Source of the DNA: an uncultured Lachnospiraceae bacterium
Lineage (GTDB): Bacteria > Bacillota > Clostridia > UBA1381
DNA: 64,000 bases
Direction of reading: 5' to 3'
Assembly (NCBI GenBank): GCA_964503455.1
Contig: CAZCZR010000001.1
Location: forward strand, 25,234-89,233
Numbering within the stretch: position 1 is the first letter of the stretch; each line of letters starts with the position of its first letter. Under the pieces are notes generated by a model that saw only the letters and a list, made by a program, of their open reading frames with translations, had not been told where the DNA came from and ran no database searches. Of the stretch, positions 58,513-64,000 are shown one piece after another. A program made the translations under genes and the position numbers.

Positions 58513-59361
58513 TTACAGCTTAAACAAAATTTTTTCTAAAATTATACGCCAAATTTTAGATACTGTAATAATATACGGCCGCATATAAGATAATCCCTTG
58601 TAAAATATGTTATCCATTCCCCAGTCCGGCAACGCTTCCGCCAAATCTGCGGAAACGCGGTTGTTAGCTTTAAACTTTTCCAATGCGGACAGACTTTTCC
58701 CCGTAAGAGAAGTTTCGTTTCGGCAATAGTGATACAGTGTCTTATTTACAAAATCGTATCTTTTAACTTTTTTGAAAAGCTTTATACAGAAATTCAGATC
58801 CTCGGCTGTTTTCAGCTGTGTATCAAATTTCAGACCGTCCAGAAGCTGTGTACGAATTAATTTCATACATACATGGTTCATATTAATACCGGTCATCATT
58901 TTGATATACACTTGTTTTAAGGACTTATCGCATAGTGAAACGTCTTTTGAAAACGCGCCTTTCGGCAAGAACTGTTTACCGTTCGGAAAATCATAAATAA
59001 AGCGGCATTGTACAACATCGCTTGCGTTCTTCTCCGCTTTTTCCGCCATAAGAGCAAGCATATCATGTTCCCAATAATCATCCGCATCCAAAAATGCCGC
59101 ATACTTAGAGGAAAGTCGTGACAGAGCAACATTTCTTGCAACCGCAACGCCGCCATTTACCTCAAGTTTTATATGTACAAACCGCTCATCAGCAGAACAA
59201 TATTCTTTAATTATATCAGCGCTTCCGTCAGAAGACGCATCGTCGATAATAATGGCCTGCCAATCTGTAAATGTCTGCATTTTTACACTGTCCAAGCATT
59301 TTTTTAGATATTTTTCAGCATTATACACCGGTATTATAATTTGTACCTTAGGGTTATTCAT
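58513..59361 (-). CDS. Glycosyltransferase family 2
   Basis: VQIIIPVYNAEKYLKKCLDSV...IIIDDASSDGS...FLDADDYW: GT-A fold with a DxD motif. Confidence 0.9.
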   Translation of the reverse strand: MNNPKVQIIIPVYNAEKYLKKCLDSVKMQTFTDWQAIIIDDASSDGSADIIKEYCSADERFVHIKLEVNGGVAVARNVALSRLSSKYAAFLDADDYWEHDMLALMAEKAEKNASDVVQCRFIYDFPNGKQFLPKGAFSKDVSLCDKSLKQVYIKMMTGINMNHVCMKLIRTQLLDGLKFDTQLKTAEDLNFCIKLFKKVKRYDFVNKTLYHYCRNETSLTGKSLSALEKFKANNRVSADLAEALPDWGMDNIFYKGLSYMRPYIITVSKIWRIILEKILFKL

Positions 59362-59486
59362 GTTAAACTCCTGTTAAATAATATATAAATCAGTTCGCGC
59401 CGTCAACCCTTTTTTTATGTATTACAGCATAGGCTTTAACGATCTAATCATTGATTGTTTTTTTGACTAACAATCTTTACCGTTTT

Positions 59487-59515
59487 ATTATAGCATATTC
59501 GCAGCAAAATTTCAA
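59487..59515 (-). promoter_or_regulatory. Sigma-A type promoter upstream of the GT2 / sugar transferase operon (TTGAAA-17-TATAAT, minus strand)
   Basis: Minus-strand TTGAAA 59515-59510, 17-nt spacer, TATAAT 59492-59487. Near-identical to the hydG promoter module. Confidence 0.5.
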
Positions 59516-59588
59516 TAGTTAATTTCAAAATATATAATCCGCTTTTGTATAAAAAATCAATAATTTTCCAATACAAAGAAAGAATTCC

Positions 59589-59617
59589 TTGACATATCGG
59601 AAATTTTATGATATATT
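59589..59617 (+). promoter_or_regulatory. Sigma-A promoter with extended -10 (TTGACA-17-TGaTATATT), ~480 nt upstream of the autolysin gene
   Basis: TTGACA 59589-59594, TG 59609-59610, TATATT 59612-59617. There is no convincing ORF between it and 60094. Confidence 0.45.
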
Positions 59618-59975
59618 ATAATTAAGACATGACTTGAAAACCCTTCCCCGAAAAATATCATTTTTGCGTTGATGATGCAAGAAACGATGACTGCGCCTTG
59701 AGCAGAGCCGGTTTTTCGATTCTTAATAGCATCACAGCCCTTTTCGGCGGAGAAATATTTGTAAAAAGCCGGCTTGGAGAAGAAACAAAATTCAAAATTA
59801 TTTTAAAGATTAAATCAAACCGCAATTTCAGCCGAATATTTTGCAAAGTCATTTCCTGACACAGCGCTGACAAAAGTAACCGCCGTAACTGTGATTTTTT
59901 GCGGGAGAGTCATATTTAGATTAAATAAGTTTTTATTATAAATGTAAACTATTTGCGAATTTTTTTCAAAAAAAC

Positions 59976-60004
59976 TTGCAATCTTCGAATAGATGTAATA
60001 TACT
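59976..60004 (+). promoter_or_regulatory. Proximal sigma-A type promoter of the autolysin gene (TTGCAA-17-TATACT)
   Basis: TTGCAA 59976-59981, 17-nt spacer, TATACT 59999-60004. A 9-bp perfect inverted repeat starts about at the predicted +1. Confidence 0.45.
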
Positions 60005-60093
60005 ATAGTAGAAGCTGTTCAAACAAGATATTACACGATTCATATATAGCGAACAGCTTTCGACTTAAAATATTAAATGAAGGCTGATAGCAA

Positions 60094-61980
60094 ATGAACA
60101 TTACTGAAAAGGCACCAATAAGCGGACATACCGGAAGCAACAGAAAAATGTACATAATTGCCGCGTTGATAATTTTGGCCGCGGGTGCTGCCGCCGCCGC
60201 TCCGCATTTTGCAAAAAAGACGGACAACAGCGGTATAACGGCGCTGTCCGCTCCCCTTTCGGACAAGCATATAAAGACCAAGCTTGATCTTATGTCGGGA
60301 ATTATAAAATCGGCAACCGAAGTTTCGTTTGTTCGTGTGAACGCATCCGATATAACTATAATACTTGATGAAAACAGTTACGGCGAAGCGGTCGTGACGG
60401 CTGATTACGTATCGCTGTTCGGGGATGAAAAGGAGCTTGTATGGTTTTCCGAAAACGACACTGTAGCGGAGTGTGAGAATGGCGTGATAAAGGCGCACTC
60501 TCCCGGAACTATCGAAATATACGCAAAAACCGATGACGGTACGGAATCCGATTATTGCAGCGTCACCGTTATCCGCAAACCCACCGGCATATGGCTTGAT
60601 GACACAAGTATCACTCTTTCGGGAACCGAAAGCACGAAGCAGTTAAACGCGCGTATTCTGCCGGATGACGCGACAGGAACGATAACATGGTCATCCGCTG
60701 ATGAAGAAGTCGCGGTCGTTGACGGTTTCGGCATCGTTACAGCCAAAGGCAGAGGAATGACAGAAATTACTGCCGTCACAGATGGAGGCTTTTCGGCAAG
60801 TTGCTATGTTACCGTTACATCAGCAGCGCCGGATATCGGCAGTATTAAAATCTCTACAGTACCTATAGCGGCTCTGCGTCCTGAAAGCACTTTTAAATTT
60901 AAAGCGAGTGTCGAGCAAAGCTCGCCGGATACAAGCGTAAAATGGACATCCTCGAATGAGAACGTGGCTGTTATAGCCGATGACGGAACAGTCACAGCTA
61001 AATCGGACGGCATTACAAGAATAACCGCAGAGTCATCCACCGGTAAAACAGATACATATATGCTTACGGTAAGCTCGGAGGAGCAGAATATATACACCTA
61101 CGGCAATATCGCCGCCGCAAAGCCGGATGAGAACTATAAACCCAATTCTCAAATAACCCAACGGCACTCAAACGGCATAACCTACGGCAGCTCGTATGGT
61201 ACTTCCCTTGCTCTGGACGGCAGCCGAGGCAATTACGGCGATTCGGTAAACACGACATCCGGCGAGGTTGTGTATGTTTCTTATTCATACACGCTTGACA
61301 GCATGGTATCGCTTCATATGGGATTGTCGCCAAAACCGAAATACAATTCATCCACTGCGTCAGAGGAGCTTGTGCGTCAGCATATCGACCCCAACTGTTT
61401 CTCGTCGGGCGCGTATAAGTATCAGTTCCTTGACCTAAGCTCGTCAAACGGACTGTCGGCGGACGTTTTAAACAACTATCTTGCAGATAAGGGTACTCTT
61501 GCCGGACATGGGGATGCGTATATATCTGCGGCTAATGCCTACGGGATAAGCGAGATATATCTTGTGGCGCACAGCTGCCTTGAAACAGGCAACGGCACTT
61601 CACGGCTTGCTTCCGGAGTAGAGTATAACGGCGTAACGGTATATAATATGTACGGAATAGGCGCAGTTGACGGCAACGCAGTCCAAGGCGGAGCGAAAAA
61701 GGCTTATGAAATGGGCTGGACAACGCCTGAAAAAGCCATCTACGGCGGCGCGAAATGGATAAGCGAGCAGTATGTGAACAACTCTGTTTACCGGCAGAAT
61801 ACGCTGTATAAGATGAAATGGAATCCCGATAATCCCGGTATGCATGAATATGCAACAAGTATAAATTGGGCAGTCAGTCAGGCATCGACAATAAAGCGAT
61901 TCTTTGACAGCTTCCCGAACGCAAAGCTTAGGTTTGAAGTTCCGGTATACAGCGGTCAGCAGGCCCCGTCGTCTTTTTGA
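60094..61980 (+). CDS. Cell-wall hydrolase: N-terminal anchor, three Big_2 Ig-like domains and a C-terminal GH73 N-acetylglucosaminidase
   Basis: TM/signal anchor (MYIIAALIILAAGAAAAA). Big_2-type repeats (W.S.NE.VA.V...G.VTA...G...ITA). C-terminal GH73 motifs (YGISEIYLVAHSCLETGNGTS...YNMYGIGA...NTLYKMKWNP). Confidence 0.88.
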   Translation: MNITEKAPISGHTGSNRKMYIIAALIILAAGAAAAAPHFAKKTDNSGITALSAPLSDKHIKTKLDLMSGIIKSATEVSFVRVNASDITIILDENSYGEAVVTADYVSLFGDEKELVWFSENDTVAECENGVIKAHSPGTIEIYAKTDDGTESDYCSVTVIRKPTGIWLDDTSITLSGTESTKQLNARILPDDATGTITWSSADEEVAVVDGFGIVTAKGRGMTEITAVTDGGFSASCYVTVTSAAPDIGSIKISTVPIAALRPESTFKFKASVEQSSPDTSVKWTSSNENVAVIADDGTVTAKSDGITRITAESSTGKTDTYMLTVSSEEQNIYTYGNIAAAKPDENYKPNSQITQRHSNGITYGSSYGTSLALDGSRGNYGDSVNTTSGEVVYVSYSYTLDSMVSLHMGLSPKPKYNSSTASEELVRQHIDPNCFSSGAYKYQFLDLSSSNGLSADVLNNYLADKGTLAGHGDAYISAANAYGISEIYLVAHSCLETGNGTSRLASGVEYNGVTVYNMYGIGAVDGNAVQGGAKKAYEMGWTTPEKAIYGGAKWISEQYVNNSVYRQNTLYKMKWNPDNPGMHEYATSINWAVSQASTIKRFFDSFPNAKLRFEVPVYSGQQAPSSF

Positions 61981-62018
61981 TAAAATAATGACTTAAATGA
62001 AAGAAAGGAAGGATAAAT

Positions 62019-62414
62019 ATGGAACCCGGCAACAACAAAATAGAGCCGTTTCCGACATTTACAGAGGAACGCAAAATACCTGAGGACATTGGCGACTGCA
62101 TCAGGCGTGCAAGGCTTGACGCGAATATGAGCATAGATGAGCTTGCCAAAGCCTCAATGATCTCTCCGGCACAGCTTAAGAGATACGAATCAAGCGAGCT
62201 TTACGGCCCGCCATGCGATGTGCTTTCGCGCATATTACAAGTCCTCGGCAAGACTACTTTTGATGTATTCGGTCTTGAGGATTCATACGAAAACGAAGCG
62301 GATTTTGATCAGCTTGCAAACGATCCCACAATACAGAGTATGCATCTTTTAAGAGATGTGGCCTCTGCCCTGTCAGGACTCCGCGACGAGGAAAATAAGA
62401 AGCGTAAAAAATAA
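62019..62414 (+). CDS. XRE-family helix-turn-helix transcriptional regulator
   Basis: HTH_3-like segment IGDCIRRARLDANMSIDELAKASMISPAQLKRYES. 131 aa. Confidence 0.8.
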   Translation: MEPGNNKIEPFPTFTEERKIPEDIGDCIRRARLDANMSIDELAKASMISPAQLKRYESSELYGPPCDVLSRILQVLGKTTFDVFGLEDSYENEADFDQLANDPTIQSMHLLRDVASALSGLRDEENKKRKK

Positions 62415-62538
62415 CGTCAAAGCGACGGGAAATATTATCCCGCTGTTCGCGGCTTAAACACCTGATTAGGCACCCGCGTACAAGCGGCGATAACAAATTA
62501 GACCTGACGGCGGTCTGACTGTAATTTGAATATTTCAG

Positions 62539-62574
62539 AATCGAGTAGGGCGATTAATTTCGCTCTACTCGATT
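62539..62574. terminator. Strong hairpin (14-bp stem), likely a bidirectional terminator between the XRE gene and the convergent Cys-rich gene
   Basis: AATCGAGTAGGGCG / CGCTCTACTCGATT (one G-U pair), 8-nt loop, followed by ATTTATT. Confidence 0.6.
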
Positions 62575-62593
62575 ATTTATTACATAAAAACCG

Positions 62594-62899
62594 TCAGTTG
62601 TTCTCCCAAGCATCAATACATTTTTTCAGAAGCGAAGCTAATTCGCTTTTCTCTGTGTCTGAAAGAAAGTATAAAATATCTTCATTTTCCGCACGTTCTC
62701 TGAAATCGTGATGCAGTAAATGTCCGCATTTGAGCATTAACATAACTGTTCTGTCCTTGATATTAACATCCTTCCCTTCGTTGTGCCGGATCTCTCCGGT
62801 CTCTTGCCCGAAATAAGCCTTACCTCGCCGGCAATGCAAATTATCAGCCGGACAATGTCTCCCACAGCAGGGGCATACATTTTCAAAATGCTGTTTCAT
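62594..62899 (-). CDS. Small Cys/His-rich protein (101 aa), putative zinc-ribbon plus helical tail (hypothetical)
   Basis: RBS AGGAGG precedes the ATG. N-terminal CPCCGRHCPADNLHCRRG, then KCGHLLHH and an amphipathic C-terminal helix (LSDTEKSELASLLKKCIDAW). Confidence 0.6.
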   Translation of the reverse strand: MKQHFENVCPCCGRHCPADNLHCRRGKAYFGQETGEIRHNEGKDVNIKDRTVMLMLKCGHLLHHDFRERAENEDILYFLSDTEKSELASLLKKCIDAWENN

Positions 62900-63112
62900 A
62901 CAATGTTCCTCCTAAGAATTTTTTTAACTGTTTAGAGAGCTGCCATAACCTGAAAACACGTAAATCAATGATCCGGATTTACGCACTTAGCCGCTCGACT
63001 AAATATATTATCACAATGTTGTTTAACCCTTTTAACCGAATTTACCGCAAATTTATCAAAGAATCAACCCCATAAAAATTGATTGTTTTGCAATAATTCT
63101 CTGCATAAAGGT

Positions 63113-64000
63113 TTATTCCAGCAAAGCAATTTCTTTTTTGTAAATCCGCTTCATAAGAACAGACGCAATAATTGCCGAAATAAATTCGGCTATCGGGAAA
63201 GTAAGCCATACTGTCCATGCGCAGTCAAATGATTTCACAGCCAGAATTGAGAATCCCCAAGCAACAGGAAGAACAAATACAAGCTGGCGGCATATCGATA
63301 TTACAAGAGATTCAATGCCGGCATTCAAAGCCTGAAAAAGGCCCTGAAAAGTTATATTCAAGCCGGCAAACACAAAGCTTAATGAAATAATCCTCATAGC
63401 GCTTATACAAAGCTGCTGTGTCATTCCGGACAAGCCGAATATTTTCACGAGAGGATATGCCAAACATTCTATAAGAATCATTCCTAAAACCATGATGACG
63501 GTCGTATATAAAATGCCGTATTTAACCCCGTCTTTAACTCTTTTCTTACTCCCCATTCCATGATTAAAAGAAACTACAGGCGTTATAGCATCACGCAGCC
63601 CGAATGCCGCAAACAGTATAAACTGCTGTATTTTATAATACAAGCCGTAAGCTGTAACCATGGCCTCATCAACTCTTACAAGAATGATATTGAAGCCGTA
63701 TGTCATAACCGACATTACCGCCTGTGCTATTATTGCCGGTAATCCGATAGTATATATTTGTTTTATTATTTTGCCGGAAGGTTTTAAATATTTGACATTA
63801 TTTTCTATTGCTGTGTTAAATTTCAAATGAAATACAAACGCAAGAACGGCAGATGCGATTTGACCTATAACGGTAGCATATGCGGCGCCGTTTACGCCCA
63901 ATTCCGGAAATCCCAAAAGACCGTAAATCAAAATTGGATCAAGTATTATGTTTATTACCGCACCGGTAATCATAGCCGCTGTAGAATAAACGGAAAGTCC
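63113..64000 (-). CDS. MATE family efflux transporter, N-terminal part beyond the window edge
   Basis: The frame stays open to base 64000 upstream of the tracked Met. Multi-TM translation with MATE-like segments (GAAYATVIGQIASAVLAF, AFGLRDAITPVVSFNHG). Confidence 0.88.
   Translation of the reverse strand, partial: GLSVYSTAAMITGAVINIILDPILIYGLLGFPELGVNGAAYATVIGQIASAVLAFVFHLKFNTAIENNVKYLKPSGKIIKQIYTIGLPAIIAQAVMSVMTYGFNIILVRVDEAMVTAYGLYYKIQQFILFAAFGLRDAITPVVSFNHGMGSKKRVKDGVKYGILYTTVIMVLGMILIECLAYPLVKIFGLSGMTQQLCISAMRIISLSFVFAGLNITFQGLFQALNAGIESLVISICRQLVFVLPVAWGFSILAVKSFDCAWTVWLTFPIAEFISAIIASVLMKRIYKKEIALLE

Noticed and set aside
59658-59873. 71-aa minus-strand ORF in the long gap before the autolysin gene
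   Set aside because: TTG start without an RBS, low-complexity translation, and it lies opposite predicted plus-strand promoters. Probably non-coding.

Overview
This is a chromosomal segment from a spore-forming, anaerobic Firmicute, probably a Clostridia / Oscillospiraceae-like organism. That placement rests on dpaAB (spoVF), yunB, hydG, SLH-anchored surface proteins, a T-box leader and AddAB. Coding density is high and most genes are recognisable housekeeping: murA-ftsQ-ftsZ, addBA, dipicolinate synthase, pyrG, folA, galT, tmk, thrS, ligA, tyrS, one tRNA-Arg. I saw no CRISPR array, prophage or intact IS. The less ordinary parts are listed here. (1) An uncharacterised 712-aa protein has an N-terminus that looks like a GAP1-N2 domain. 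It is followed by a repeat-bearing single-pass membrane protein, and both sit tightly behind a heterodimeric ABC exporter. (2) A Nudix-HAD fusion, a His-rich COG0523 GTPase, a COG0523-like/DUF1980 fusion and folA form one operon. (3) An ECF sigma factor is translationally coupled to an anti-sigma-like::NfeD fusion, an SPFH/stomatin protein and a small membrane protein. (4) A GH27 alpha-galactosidase is fused to a rhodanese domain. (5) An AT-rich scar holds a radical-SAM gene fragment and the C-terminal remnant of an IS3-family transposase. (6) An AT-rich two-gene glycosyltransferase cassette is bracketed by two near-identical promoter modules, whose core also occurs at the ftsZ promoter. (7) Several intergenic elements remain unexplained, including an orphan consensus promoter with a terminator-like hairpin and perfect inverted repeats in leaders. 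All calls come from reading the translations and the DNA by eye. No database search or computation was run.
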